Origin: Phoronis australis
Taxonomy: Eukaryota > Animalia > Phoronida
Direction of reading: 5' to 3'
Assembly (NCBI GenBank): GCA_002633005.1
Contig: NMRA01000011.1
Coordinates: 780,855 to 844,854 of the forward strand
DNA: 64,000 bases
Shown: piece after piece, positions 36,905 through 51,942 of the stretch
Position numbering within the stretch: the first letter of the stretch is position 1
How the letters are laid out: each line of letters starts with the position of its first letter
Notes under the pieces: generated by a model
Told to the model about the DNA's origin: nothing
Seen by the model: the letters and a program-made list of their open reading frames with translations, nothing else
Database searches by the model: none
Position numbers and translations under genes: made by a program

Positions 36905-37639
36905 AAGTATTTAAATGGACGAGTTTGTTTACTGACAAATCTGGAGAATGGTTTGTTTTTCCTGAAATCATCATGAAACCAGTTCATGGGTTATCTCAGT
37001 TAAATAGATCATGCCATTTCACCATCTGACATGAGTATTACACACACTAGATGGAGCCACTAGCTTTCCATCCAACATATTCTTCAGGTCAGTAGGAACT
37101 TTTGTAAATTTTATTTTTTATCCCTGGATATGGCTCACTTCTATTCCTGTTTATAACCAACCACTCGTCACCTTAAAATCCCAGGCTGGAGCTTTTATTT
37201 ATAGTACATCTGATGCAAAAGTTGTCACGGTTTAATCGAGACGTTTTAACCTGTTGTTTGAATCATATATCATGACAACTCTCAGTAGGCTGAATACTGT
37301 AGCATCGAGATTAAACGCCTCCAGAAAAAAAAACTTGTCAATTTACCTGGGAGAAGTCCATGTATTAGAAATCCACAATACTTTGACTAGGATTACCACT
37401 TTTAATTTTCATAAACTATAACATTGGTATATAGCAATTAAACAAAATCGAGAACAGTAATGTATTGTTACTTCACCAAATTTCAACAAGTTGAAGACGG
37501 TTGTGGACGTCACTCGGAGACAGTATTGTTAATAAATTAATGAGCAAATGTACATGTAGTTGAGAAGGTGCATAGTGCAGATTAAAAACAGGCGTACACT
37601 GTCTTATTTCTGGGAATGGTCTGGGCTGCTAATCCTATG

Positions 37640-37725
37640 GTCGAAGGTACCAACAGAGGGAGCACTCACAGTGTGTAGGTTGAGATTGTTCCACAACCTA
37701 ATGGTGAGTGGGAAGAAGTCATATC
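37640..37725 (-). mobile_element. Short LINE 3' fragment
   Basis: The minus strand reads FFPLTIRLWNNL, the conserved FFP.TI..WN.L motif near LINE ORF2 ends. Confidence 0.5.
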
Positions 37726-40700
37726 CCTCAAAAAAGTTCTGCCGCCTTCAGAAAATTTGTGGTATATTCGTCAAATTACCCTCAATGCGCATAGATCATT
37801 TATTTTTGCGTGGAATCCAGGGAAATGTTTCATTATTCATGCACACTGTGTTGTACAGGGTGTCTAGAAAGGGTACAGAGGTCAAAATTTCAAAAATCAC
37901 AAAATTGCACTTATTCTTTACTTAAGCTCATACTGACTGATATCTTAATTCTTGTCTTGATCAATGTATACCAATTGGGGGTTATTGTTTGCCAGCATGC
38001 TTGTGAGTATTGAGCACTATTGGGTTAAGCGTATTGCTGATTCAACCTGAGTTGTTGTGGGACCAGTTGGTACGAGTTGCCCAGTCACGGGTCCAGGCTA
38101 GCACCACTCTGGCAGAGTTGAGGGCCAGAACTACATGGATCGTCTGATTCATTCCATGAGCAGTAGATGTATGCTATCCAATGCATCAATGCACTGGGTG
38201 GATATACAGGGTACTAAAGCGCTCAGCCTGTGATTAGATCTGTTGCAAATAAAGATTGTATTAAATATCTCATATTAACGTTAATTGCAGTCGCAAAAAA
38301 TTGCTTCGGTTGGACAAGACTTATTGTCATACTTAACTTGGTAAGCTACGTAAGTTTACTGCGCAGTGCACCCGTTCATTGTGATTTTTGAAATAGTATC
38401 CTGTGTTCTTTCTGCATTCACTGTACAATTCTATGTTCATGAATAATAAAACATTTCCCAACACTCAATACAGAAAACAAGCTTTGCAATGACTTATAAT
38501 GTATACCTGTTGATGATAATTTGAAGAAAATGCCCCAAATTTTCTGAAGGGGACAAAACTTGTTTAAGGGTTTAAATGGAAATTTTGCCTGCTATGTGGA
38601 ATACGCTATGAGAGCGGATGGCTATGCCTTGATGAGCGAGTAGGCTGAAGATCGAGAACGAGTAAGGTCTGAAGATATTTCCATTTTGTTTTCATACTCG
38701 CATCATAACTTTATGAATAAAAAGTGCATTCCAGTGTTCGGGAATAGAACGATTCATGGCAGAGCGGTAAACCATCACGTGACTTTCCCTGCAGCGCCAC
38801 AGTGGTAAAGCCATAGACTTCACGTAGACCGGGCGCGCGCCACTCGGATACGTGCAGCTCGCGTTGTCAGTATGCCCCATAGACATCTAGACAACAGACT
38901 GAGGCAAACAACAAATGTTTAGTTCAGGCATCTTTTAGGGGTACAACAAGTGTACTAGGGACTTCCAATAGAGCCCTCCAATTTTTCCTGTGATGATGTT
39001 GGACCTAAGAAGAGCTTGCATTGCTTCTCTTAGTATTGAGATGTCTATGGGTAAAGCCCTTGGTCATGTGCTACATTTTACCTGTGAAAGGTTAAATGCT
39101 CTCACTATGTACGGGGTAGGGTCAACATCGAGGAAACATGTAGGCTCAGTCGTCATTTTAAGATTGCAGAAATCGGGACATCCAGTCTGTGAACTGACCT
39201 TTCTTGATCCCAACACTTTTAAGCTGTAGACGTAGTTTGAGATGAGGGACACGTTTCTGTACTTAGCAATTTCACGGTGTAGAGAAAACGAAAAACTTAA
39301 GTAGTGTTTCGAGTTTCATTTTCTCCAAAGAAATTAAAAAATCAATTATTTATTAAATTATCAATTTTTCGGAGAAATTAAAAAGCGAAAATTAAAATAT
39401 CAAATGCTGGCTCGACTTTTCAATGTCGTTTCAAACGAAAAATCGATTTGGACCTTTTATTCACGGTCTTTAATGTGAAATGGGCTTCTGATTAATTGAC
39501 TTACCTTTTTTAAAATTTAAACATTTTGGTTAGATTAAAACTTTCATGTTTATTGCGTTTTTTTAAACTTAGGTAAAAATCAACCCTCGTGGCTTTTTTA
39601 AAACTTTATTGTAAGAATCGGGAACTATATCATTTTTCATTACTACCCTTGGCATTTTTAGGTACCAAACGTGCGAATTACTCGAGACGACTTCGGCTAC
39701 GTGACAAATCTTGGTCGACCGTTTTCAAGTGTTTCAGTTTCGATGCTTTGACAATTCAAATTGTATAGTGTTCTTTAACGCTTGGGATAGATTTGCAAAT
39801 GTAAATGCCTAGGATTGTTTTTAATGAGAGTTTGGTTGCTGGTGTTGACGTTGTTGGAAGGTATATCGAACTTTTTTCTGCAAACCATGGACGCAACTTT
39901 GAGCAAGAGAGTCACAGTTATTTTGTCTGACGTTCGCGCACTAAGCAAAGTTTCAATTCACGTGCGGGGTTATCATCGCCGTAAGGTAGTTCCATGTAAG
40001 TAGATGTGTTTCTACTTCAACTGAAGACTGCTACTGTTCTTTTGGTGCATTCAACGAAACTTCTGTGCGTTATAATGACCCTCCATGCAAGCCTTTCTGC
40101 GGATTTTTTTCCGAATCTTAAAAAATCGCGTCCGCAAAGGTGAATTTGTTCACTGGAGTAATTTTCAAAAAAACCGGAAACATATCTGAAAAGAACGCAC
40201 AGCGTGTTTATTCTTTGGAGACACCTTTTAACTAGTATGACACCTTTTAACTAGTATGACACCTTTTAACTAGTATCAATCGAAATCAATTTAAAACGTT
40301 TTAAAAATGTAAACTCTGAATGTTAATTTAAAATATTTAATATATTAATGAGCACATCCCTGAAATTAATCAACCAATCAATCAATCTCTTTATTTATAG
40401 TCAGTTAGACAAAACAAACGCTACCCAAAGGCTGATATCACCGACTGTGATAATAGACATATAACATAGAAAGAAATTCCTTTGCCTTACGTAACTCCCA
40501 GAAGTCCCAGCTCCACGTGACTAGGTACGTCACGGGTATGGTGTGAGGCAGGGCACAAATTTGCAAGAACAAAATGATAGCAAATAAAAGCAAATAAATA
40601 AAACTGGCTGATCTTCCCTCTCGGGGCGTTTGACGTTTGTTCAGGAATTAGCTCACAGATAAAATTTGTTTACAACTGGTCGTAGTGTGTTGCGAAATTC

Positions 40701-40785
40701 AATGGACATGTGAGTAATTGTTTATTGTTGTTTTGGAAACGAGAATGCAGCTAATCGCCCCCCATAGCTACCTTGCGTGCAGATG

Positions 40786-40952
40786 TATAAATAGCCACCT
40801 TGGTGTATTGACGCAAGGGTCACGTGACGTATGAAATACAATAGATTATTGAATGAACAGTCCAGGTTGAATCGCTTGTACTTAACGTTCTCAGCCCGAA
40901 CATAAACGTGAGAAGCAGTGCTTTAACAAGGAAATTTGAAATTTTATTCCAG
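40786..40952 (+). promoter_or_regulatory. Candidate tetraspanin TATA promoter and non-coding exon 1
   Basis: TATAAATA at 40786-40793, E-box/CRE-like CACGTGACGT at 40821, strong donor CAG|GTGAGT at 40953. The ATG exon starts at an acceptor (44755), so an upstream exon is required. Confidence 0.5.
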
Positions 40953-43900
40953 GTGAGTCGATTTTCATAACGAAGGCATGAGATATTACTGTCTCCGCCA
41001 TTAGGTATACTGCTGAACCTCATTTTTTTACTCATCAACGACTGTGTGGTGGCAGACTTTCACCTTAGCGTGATAAATGGTTGCAAATCCAGCCAGTGTA
41101 CCTAACAATCAATTCATGTTTTCCCCGGCTTTATTCAGCAGCGAAAGGTTGGACTGAAATGGTGGATTGGGTTTTACAGAAAATCTAATCGTGACGGAGA
41201 AAAACTGTTAGACTACTCTACTGGAAGTATGTGCAAATGATTAAATCAAATGGAACCGAGAAAAATATCTTCTGGTTTGATACTGGCGTGGTCATATGTG
41301 AATGGCACATTTGATCCCCACCTGATTTCCCCCACATAAAGCTTGTATCGATTAAGTGTTGGATGGTTTACTTTATTAATGATATTCTTGGTTCAGGTGA
41401 CACTGTGGTCCTTTGTAAACGTAAGACGTCGACGAGCTCTGTTCCGTCTCGCCCCTTGCCCCATACTCTGTACCCAGCAATGTCACCTCAGTCCGCGCTC
41501 TGGTCACTTGTTTGTCGCGGTCCAGGCTTGGCTCTGGTACCGCCGTTATGTTACCCTGATACATTGCTATCATGTCCACATCGCGTTGGTTTCCTTATAA
41601 TGATAAGATGTAGAAAGTGTGTTCACGACGAAACATATGGTCGTTAGATACACAATGCTGCACGCGCAGCGTCAGGGTTCGAACGAGGAAGTACTGTAAA
41701 ATTTCTGACGTGGTGAAAGAGGTAACTACCGCGAGGTGAAGGTTCACAGGCAAAGCTTTCGTTATGACTCGATTTCCATTGTGTGCTATCTAATCAGTAC
41801 GTTACAGTCAATATCTCGACTTTGACTCGTCTTGCTACGGATCCAGCTCCCATCGACATAATTATTTTCCCCGTGTGCAAAAAAGCATTTTCATCAATTG
41901 ACGCGGTCTCATTTAGTCTGTAGCGATTTTTGAAGTTTTTCCCAAAGCAAATCAACTATCGCTTGGTTCGCGCACTCGGTTTTGAAAAGTTGACCGAAAC
42001 GCGTACAAGTAGTTCTTTCCTACGTACGGTAAACCCGTTATCGATCATGAAATTGATTTTCCTATAAAATGCGATGAACGCTTGTACCGTAGGCAACTTT
42101 TCCTTGCCGCATCATAGCCTGACAATTTAATAACCGTTTTAAAACACCCGTTTGAAATATCGCAAAAGGGACTGGAATGTTGGCAAACATATCTGTTGAT
42201 TGTGATCGACTTCGACGAAACTCTGCTATGAAAGGCTCCCCGGCACACTTCCCTGTTTAAAATACGACATTGTTCACGCGATACAAAACAGTTTGTAAAG
42301 TCTATTGTAAGTAATGGCCTGTTGAGCTTTATCCTTGGACAGCATCCAAAATAATCTTATTCAGAGACTAAGTGATTTTTCGAGGCCATGATATTAAAAA
42401 ATTAGTAAAAAGATGAATATAGTCGGTACATATTTATGTTAAATTCTAACGTTCTGAGCAGCACACTCTTCGGAGATGGTGTATGGTAAAATGCTACAAA
42501 CTACAAACGGAAAAGCAGCCACTGGACCCTTTTTAAAGAGCATACAATTTGTCTACCAGTCACGTTGTTGCTTTGGGCAAACTGCAATGCTTTTAGCGAT
42601 TACGAGCTTACTTACGCTTGTTGATTATGAACAATACACATTTTAATATAGAATAACCATGGACTTCCATGACATGTTATGTAAGTGTATGAAATAATTG
42701 AGTCCTGGTATCACGGCTGGAGCTAATTCTGAGCTGGCGTTAGAGTATATGATCTATTGGCGCTAAAAACAACGTTCTTTTCAAACTTATTTGTTCCTCA
42801 AAAGCAACGTCATCGATCTCTTATCCTTTGCTTGATTTGAATTTTGTTGCAATAAAATGGAAGTGCCCTAGGACGGGCTGTACTTCTTCAGCCATTAAAA
42901 TTAACTCGCCTTATCAAGCAAACTTCATGAACTTTGTTTAATCTTTGGTAGGAAAAAAATGGGGCCGATTTTATAACTGTACATGGCCCAATGATCGAGA
43001 GTTTTTTTTGACAAAAGCCCCGTGTTTCTTGCCCCTTTAATCCTTCGGCCGTCAATAGTGGGACACTAGTAGTGAAATACAGACTAAGATTTTAACCACG
43101 TGTCCCGTATGGCGAGTGATGTCATGTGCACGTTTTTAGATGCCACTGAAGGTAGAGCAACACTTACTGAAGCAATCGCCATCATAAATTTCAAAGAAAT
43201 TCACATGTTATTAACGCGTCAGCAGTGAAGAACTAATATTTGTACAAAGTTTTAACCTTATTTTCTTATACAAATGTTTTGGTATTCGGAAAATCCGACT
43301 GTAAGGTGAAAAATTAATGTATAATTCTTTGTTTTACCAAAGTAACTAATCTCGCCTGAAAATTGTTCATAATTCTATGGAAAAGTGTTCCTTTTTCAGT
43401 CAATGCCAGTGTTCAGTTTGAAAAGTGAAACGCACCCCTCTAATGTATTTACACAAAAACAAAATTTCTTCGTATAACTTCGAGTATATGCCGTCTGTAA
43501 GGTTCCTAACTTAACATCCTCGTTCTTGTCGGCATTCTTTCAAATTCCAGCAATGTCATTATATGAACATGGTTTTTAGAATTGTCCAAAAAACAACGTA
43601 TTATCGTAGTCTTGCCCGGAATATTTTGGATATTTATACCGACGTTTAATCTACCTTGTTTGATGTTATTCAGCTAAACGCAGGATTTACATTCCTTGGC
43701 AGGCCCGTTAACGGTGAAAAAATATGGATCTCAATCTAATGTTTTTGTATTATCACGGCAACACACCCATGTCTTGTTCATTAAATTCTATCAAGGCGTG
43801 CTAATAATCTAGAAGCAATTCTTTACTGTGGTCAGGATTGTGATATTGCCATGGTGACGGGGCAAGAATTGGGAACTGTAAAATGTGTCTCCAGCATACG

Positions 43901-44780
43901 GTGAGAGGCCAGCTTTCTGGTAGCCTTAGCTATTCAAAGATTATGTCAAAGTGATGTTAAGCTAAGAGCGTCGATTGAACATTTCGTCGACGAAGTATAC
44001 AGAGTTTTAGGAATGTTATGGTTGGATTGTTGTGAATTATCGGACAGTATTCAGTATCCAGACAAGAAACTGGTGTCAAAAAGTATTCTCCCCAAAGTAT
44101 GCCATGACTCAATTTACACTGCATATCAAGAATAGGTCCATTACTTAGACTGCACATCACGCACTACATAGTCCGGCATAGTGTATCACAAGCAACAGTT
44201 GGACGTATGAGGCAATGATCCGGGAGTAAAACTGTTTCTATGTTCAGTAGTTCTACCACGACTCGTGTGTTCTCACTGGTTGTTTCTCGTGCATCTTGCT
44301 CGACGAGTACACTATGTGACATGACAGTAGTCGTAGGCCGCTCGTTTTCAACCGCTTGATGCAAGTTCTTTTAGACGAAGTTAGAAACACTTCAAATTTG
44401 CATAACATTTGGTTCGCATAGACTGCAGATAAAAATGAACTATAAAAACGCGAAAAGCTAAGTATATGAAAAACGTCACAAGTATTCTCGACGTTTGGAT
44501 GATATTTGCAAAAAACATATTATGATAAATAATTTAATCGTATAAAAAATTGTAACGCCAAGTTCCATCATCGCCAATATCGCTGTCGACACACGTCAAC
44601 TGCTTCTGTCTCCGGTCATTGTTTTGCTGCTTCATTAGCAAACAGTAACGCGTTGCCATGACAGCGCACTGCAGGTGTTGTGTCACGGTGTAATCCTGTT
44701 CCTTTGTGTGTTCAATGCATGAAGTTCTTACGTAACTATTTCCTGACATTGCAGACTAAAACTCCAACGAAGACCGCAAG

Positions 44781-47700
44781 ATGGCATTAGGGTGTGGTTC
44801 CAAGTTGGCCAAAATGTTCCTTATTGTGTTCAACATCATATTTTTCGTAAGTATATGTGGTTTCTTTTATGCTCATTTAACTTTAGTGACACTTTTTTCG
44901 AGCAGCGCCATCTAGAATTTCTTTTTTGTAGATTTTGACTTCGTTTCAATTGATAATCTTTTTCACATGTCTTGTAAGTAAAGTACGAACTGTGTTACTT
45001 CGTTTCTTTAAATGTTATTGTGCTTTCAATTGCCAATTGTATCAAACATGATATATGTCGCATTTTGCCGTCATGAGAAGGTTTAAAGTGTCTGTAAACC
45101 CACCTTTCATAACAAGAAACAGTTTATGACGTAGATAACGTACCAGCCTGAGATTGGTCTTACATTGTGCCGTGGTTGAATTAGTGGAGATTCCAGGGCT
45201 TTCAAAGATCTGGACGTTTGTTGCCTGAGCCCAGGCTCTACAATTAAAGTTAGATTGTCACGGCGTGCCACTTTATTCGCCGAGCAGATATAAATCTCAT
45301 TTCTTTGACGGAACGCGAGTTTATAATCGTTGAATCGAATGTTTTTAAACGAATTGTTGATTGGAACACTACACTCTCGTTTGCCAGGCGGAGATACATG
45401 GATTTCATAAGCGCGGCAAGCCACATCCTTCCATGAATACGGGAAAAGTCTGGGCAATAAAACGTCACGAATATAGTTTTTCTTCTTTATTCCAGATATT
45501 GGGTGCCGTGGCTCTCGCCTTGGGAATATGGGTGTTGGTGGACAAAACACATCTAATCACGTTGACCAAAAGCATTAACACATTTGACGTGCCCGGCTTA
45601 CTCGAGTCTGGTGCCTACGTACTCATTGCTGGAGGCGCGTTCATCTTTGTCGTAGGATTCCTCGGCTGTTGCGGAGCAATGAAAGAAGTCAAGTTATTCT
45701 TGATCTTGGTGAGTTCGGGTGATTTAATGATATGCAAATGCACTTTCCAAACATCGGTGTTGATGTTTTGTGTTAAGCCTTTGCTCTTTATGAAACATTT
45801 TAAATTGATAAAGAAATTCTCAAAACGAATTTTAACGTAAATAAAGTTAATCGAAACCTGTTCCCATGCTCTTGAAACTTAAAATGTTTTTTAAACAAAC
45901 GGAAATTTGTGGCGAATAAAGAAAGCTGTTAAAAAGTTTCAAAACAGCATACCAGCATTTCGTGTCTGAAGGGCCACTGGGTAAACTGTTCTCTTGTGGA
46001 TGAGCCCCCAATTTTACCATGAGGTGTCGCTCAATATTGCTGAAACGTGTATTATTTGTAAATTTTTTCTTGTCAGCAATATCTGCTCTATCGTATTTTT
46101 TCTGTTATTTCTGTCGTCCGAGGTCGTTTCTAACGAAACATGACACTGTTTATCGTGGAAAAATAGACAGAAATATCTTATCTAAAACATCCCCATATGC
46201 AGCACCGTTGCTTGTGGGAGTAGGCTTACCCGCCTAACACACCATTACTTGTGAGAATAAACTAATTCGGGTAACGATCATTGAATAAGAAATGAGCTTG
46301 TGTCATGTTCATGAAATCTTTATTTACAGTACGCTATCTTTGTCATCATCATTTTTTGCGCTGAGCTGGCGGCGGGTATCGTCGCTTACTTCTTCAGAGA
46401 TCAGATCGTGGCCCAGCTAAAGACGTACTTAAACGAAAGCATTGCACTGAAGTACGAGGGTGTCTGGGGCACAAGCGAACCCTTCTCTCTAGCATGGGAC
46501 TTCGCTCACGTCACGGTACGTTTTGTTCTAAGATGGCCTATTAGTTTGCATTTTTGGTTCGTTGAAAAGCGTAGTAGTCTTCTAACACTTTTGAGCAGAT
46601 TTGGGGAAATTGTTACAACTTTTGGTCGACTGAAAGTAACTTTGAAATTCTTGGTAGAATGCTGCAGTTTTCAAATATAATTTACTAATTAGAACGATCT
46701 TCTGTGCATTTATGTATATAAAAAGTGTTATAAGGATAGAAAGGTTCCCTTCAGTTATTTGGGGGGAGAGGCGAGCCAACTTCTGACGCCCATCCGTGAT
46801 GATTATCGTACGAAAACTGCACAACGCCTATCTCGTAACCAGATTAATAATTAATGATGCATCTCGCCCAGTTAGGCAGACTAAAAAACGATAATTGAGT
46901 TAGATTCTTTACTCCCATAAAGTCGGTCTAATAATATTCTTTGTCCCATTGGTTTCCATGTCCGTTACCAACGAGAACGTCGAAGCCATCTGGGTCTCAA
47001 TAAAACGCTTCGGAGTTTATTGACTGGCTGGCCAACCCTGAAACAGCGCATGTATGCGTTGCCTGTTACTTGAGTTGTTGAGGATACAAATGTTGTGACG
47101 ATGAAGAATGTTATGAGACTAATTGTATGGAGCTTTAAACATCTGACACGCGCCACCTAGTGATTCCCCACTGAAATATGTTTGAAGCTTAACTGATACA
47201 GTGAAATGTGCTTACGATATCAGCTTTTTTTTTTTCTGCAAAACCGTCTGGACAAATTTTTGTTGTCCGTCGTTTCTGGATTTCCCAGTCTCATTCGCAT
47301 AATTTTTGAGTAGGTAATGAGCGAAACCTAAGTTACCTATTCACTGATGACTTTGTGGTAAGCAACCGAATAATCGAACACGAGTTGATTTGTGCTGCTT
47401 TCATTTCATATAGTTCGACTGCTGTGGCTTCAACAACGGAACTGATTTCACTGAGGCAACGAAGTGGAATCGCACAATGGTCGTGAATGGAGTTACCTAC
47501 GCGATGACCGTCCCGCCTTCATGTTGCAAAATCAAGGATAAGTCTAAGTATCCATCAGACGTCGCTAATATCGTGTTGACCGACAACATGTGCCCCATTA
47601 CACCGTCAACCACCAACTCAAACTCTAATACCGTAAGTAAACATGGACCATTTGCCTAAGTACAGTTTATTAACTTTGAAACCGTTCCTCAAAACTTCTG

Positions 47701-50149
47701 TGCAATGTAAGTTTTCACCACTAATTTTAAGAAAGTTAATACATAAAGGGTTAAAAAATTTGTAGTGCATTTTGCGACCTTTATTTTGCCTCCTGTTGTC
47801 CTCCAATTCTCACACGGAATACCACGAACTAGTTTATTCCCTTGTTACTGTGTTTGGTTAGATAAAATAATCTTTTAATTTTTGTTTATACCTGGGCTCT
47901 AGGATCTCGCAAGGGGAGCCAACAACAATTCTCTAAAAAAAAAAAAAACAATCCGCATAACCCCTGTATCGCCCAGCTTTCGGGGCGTTTTTTTTTGTTT
48001 TGTTTTCGACATACCTACAATTTAATCATGATACTTGAAATCACGCTATTTTTTCGTTCTCAATAGGAACATTGGGCGCTTGATTTTTACAATCAAGTTT
48101 GAGCTCCGACACTGTAAGGAGATTCTGCACTCATTTTCAAATATTTTGTCTGTTCAGAAACAAGAGTATAACTGTCCTGATCGTCTTGACTTCTAAACTA
48201 TTGGTTCACACTCTGCCAAGCGACATCACTGTACGACTGCTGGCCGCAGTTGCTTTATAAAAGCATCAACGTGTCTGGGCCATTAGTCCGTCAAAAACGT
48301 GACAAAGACATTGCGGGGGGTGGGGTAGATGGATAATATTAATGGGTTTGTCGCTTTGTCGTTGTCAAACCATTGTTTGGCTTCAGCCGTGAATTTGTTA
48401 CACTTATGTAGATGCTATATTATACGATTACCTTTTATGTTACCTCTGTTTTGCCCAGGGTTGCTACCAAGCTGTTATCGACAAGGTGCTCGAATACAGT
48501 GGTATAGTCATGGGTGTTGGTATCGGTATAGCTGCTATCGAGGTAAGTCAGTTACTTAACTATACTGTGCCTAGGGGCTCCAACACTAAGAACGCCTTCA
48601 TTTTTGCAAGGTAGCAAAACCACGAGAAACCTCGATTGAGATCTGGCGAATTAGACAACCTGTTACCAAGCGTTGGCGTTTGCGCCCTCATGCGAGACTT
48701 TGTAGAAATAAATATGTCATGGAATTTTTAAAACTTATACCACCAAGTTGAAACTTCGCGTGGAAATTTTGATCACAGTTCCATAAACTAAAAGTTTGGA
48801 CTCGTTTCATTTTGCAAACAAGAAACCAACGTATAATATTTTTTTAGTCAAGAGAAAGTAAGAGTTTCATGACAACAGCCTAAGTGCATTCAATAAATCA
48901 ATGAACTTCTGCGACAGTTAAGTATTCCGTATCTCGGTTCGGTTACACAACACTTCTCTGGTCTGTGGTCTTTGGGTGACAAAGTTACTAATTTTCATGT
49001 TGCCCATACTTTCGGGTATTTTAAAGTACTGTTTCTTTTTTTAAATTCTGTTGACAACTATTTGTTAAGATCCCAAGACACTGAACTCGAGGATTTGATA
49101 ACACGTGAGAAAGACCTTAGCAAACTAATACCATAGATCAAATACTCTACTGTAGTATTGAATCTATAATAATACCAGGTGACAATTTTGTCGTCCAGTA
49201 GTTAGCCAGTCTCTGTTCAGTACGCGCCTTTTTGCTATAAGTTATGCTCCGCATTTGATACAATGGGAAAATGACAGCTGTCACGTATAAATTGTGATAA
49301 TAGAATGTCTTTGTTATCAATGATCAAATTTCTTTAATAATTTTTTCAATTATTGACAGCAGACTCACAAATCTATATATTTTAAAATCATTGATGACCG
49401 CATAATCTTCTATGCACGAAGCAATGCACAAATGCTCGTATTCACATGATTGCGTTTTTTCTGAAAACGGTTTTTCATAGACATCTCCAGATTTTCCATC
49501 AAAACAGTTGTATTCGCACGAAACTTTTATCTCTTTATTCTACTAACCACAAAGCGAGTCTGCTATTTTCTTTTGATCGTTTTAGCCCCATAGGTTTTTT
49601 AACATAGTCATGTCTTCATTTTTGACTATAGAGATCTCGGGCTAAAAGGGCTTGAAAGAAAATACCTGACAAGTTTAGGAGTTAACAGAATAACCATACA
49701 GAATTTTGCAAGTTTCGTTCGAAAACAAATCGTTTGCATGGAAATTATGAACAGATGGGCATTGCTTTTGAGCACACAATAAGATTCTATGAAAGTCAAG
49801 TATTTTAAAAATATGTAATTTAGGTACTTTTAAATTGATTTAAGAAATTCGATCCTTGGAAACAAATGTATCAATGTTTAAAAATTTATCGAAATCCATG
49901 AAATTAAGATTTATGGGAAAAATTACTGGATTCGGCACAATTGATGCGAAGTGTAAGGATCACTGTTGATAATAGTAGTCTGCTGTTATAAACATGAATT
50001 CTGAAGTGACTATTTCTTTTTCAAATTTACAATGGTTCCGTGGATTGCTTATAAAGTTTGTTTTTCTTTAAAATTTCCAGATTATCGGCATTATCTGCGC
50101 CTGTTGTCTCGTGCGCGCGATTAATGAAGATAACAATAAGGTGGCTTAA
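44781..50149 (+). CDS. Tetraspanin (278 aa, TSPAN1/TSPAN18-like), complete CDS in 6 exons
   Basis: Exons 44781-44846, 45496-45708, 46330-46515, 47414-47632, 48459-48542, 50081-50149, all phase 0. Four TM helices, FNIIF in TM1, GFLGCCGA, E in TM3, and a large extracellular loop with CCG, PPSCC and GC. Confidence 0.95.
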
Positions 50150-50561
50150 GAAACAACGAATAAAATCAAGAGAATGACGAACTATTGGAACACTCTACTT
50201 CAACAAGTCTTTCTTGTTTCAAAAATTTAGTCTTTTGTGTTGTAAAGATAGCTAGCGTAGCTGTAGTGTCAGTGTGGTCATGTTTGTGTGGATAACTCGC
50301 TTTGATAGTTGCAGTGAAGTAATGCGCTCTCTTTCTTCACTTGAATGGAAAGCTTCACTCTAACTAACGCTTTACGAGTACTGGGCCAACATATCTTTGG
50401 CCAGGCGGAAACCTAAGTCTATCGATTCAACGTATTTCACATACATTTTGTAATACTTGGTTGTCCATGCAAAACCTGACACCGTGTTTTGAAGACGAGG
50501 CTTCAGCCATCTTTGTCTCTTGCTCACAACGAAGGTGCAATTCTCAATTGAAGCGCTCCAG

Positions 50562-50858
50562 CATGCGCGCACAAAGCCTTTAATATTGGGGGGGCTCGAA
50601 TTTCTGACGATGTGGACCCTTTACTAAGAGAAAAAAGCTGGAAGATTAACAAAAAAGCGAAAAAAAAAACAAAAAAACAACAACGGGGTACCACGTTCAG
50701 AGCTGTAAATTGTGTGTTTGCACCTTTTTAGTGGACATTTGTCTCTTTTTCTCGGATTTTTTGTTCTCTGAGGTGGACCTTTTTACCCACTTCGCCAAAT
50801 GGGGGGGGGGCTCGTTCGAGCCCCATGAACCCCACCTACCTCCCTGGGTGCGCGCATG
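50562..50858. mobile_element. MITE with 11-bp TIR and 5-bp TSD
   Basis: CATGCGCGCAC...GTGCGCGCATG flanked by TCCAG at 50557-50561 and 50859-50863. Confidence 0.8.
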
Positions 50859-51734
50859 TCCAGAAGATCACCAATGCAGCTTTATTGACCAATATGTGTC
50901 ATAACTACTTCATTCTTACTCTCTGTCTTTGACGAAACTACATCGTCGAAACGGTTTTGCTGGGTGTTTTTCTTTCATATTACTTTTCTTGATTTGCCAG
51001 TCTCGACTATTTTCTTTCTAGCTTATTGGAATAATCGCCGCCTGTTGCTTAGTCAGCGCAATTAACAACCAGGACAAAGTCACTTCCGTCTAAGTGTGTG
51101 ACGTAAAAGTGGCGACAGTTAATTCTGAAACTGGATTTAGATCAAAATACAACGTTTCTTCGTCGACCTGCTTGGCTGCCTCAAACGTTCTTCCAAAAGT
51201 GCAGAGTGAAATTACTGTTTTCTGTGCAACACTTTGTTGTCATACGTTGGTGTTATGTGTCGTATCTAATTCCTCTTCGATTATTCAAGATCTGCCAGCT
51301 TGTGTAAATCGGTCAAATGTACATAGAGACATGACACTTCAGATAATTTATCAGCATTTGCATTTGAACGTCGACTCTATCTTATTCCGTTTTCTGAATC
51401 ATACTATCTTCACGTGCAGTAATGGTCTCCAAGATAAAAGTATTAACGGCTCCTAAATTGACATCTGAAAAGTGTCCAAACGTGTCTCGGTACTTGTCTG
51501 ATCGTGTTGACTTGATTTAGTGACGATATGTGTAGTCTCCATTTACTCCAATAGGTGGAATTTGCACGATCGAGTATTATCAAAAACAGCAATCTTTAGT
51601 TTAAAATGGAATTTAAAAGTTTTGACCAACCATATCTTATTTAGATACCTATGTACAAGCGATGATGTTGTTAATGTAACAAAAGGTATTGTTGTATTTA
51701 AATAGACTAGAATCATGATCTCAAAATTTTCGTT

Positions 51735-51942
51735 GTCCAAATGGATGAACGTTACGCACGTAAATTAATTCTTGTTAGTGGCGAAAATCAATTTTTAACG
51801 GCGTATGTTAATTATTTGCGGCGTAAAATTGACTTAACTGCGTAAATTAATTCTTGTTAGTGGCGTAAATTAATTATTGACGGCGTAAATTAACATTAAT
51901 TTACGCAAGTAATTTACCTGCGTAACGTTCACCCATTTGGCC
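51735..51942. mobile_element. Small foldback/MITE with internal CGTAAATTAA repeats
   Basis: Inverted ends CCAAATGGATGAACGTTACGCA / TGCGTAACGTTCACCCATTTGG. Confidence 0.7.
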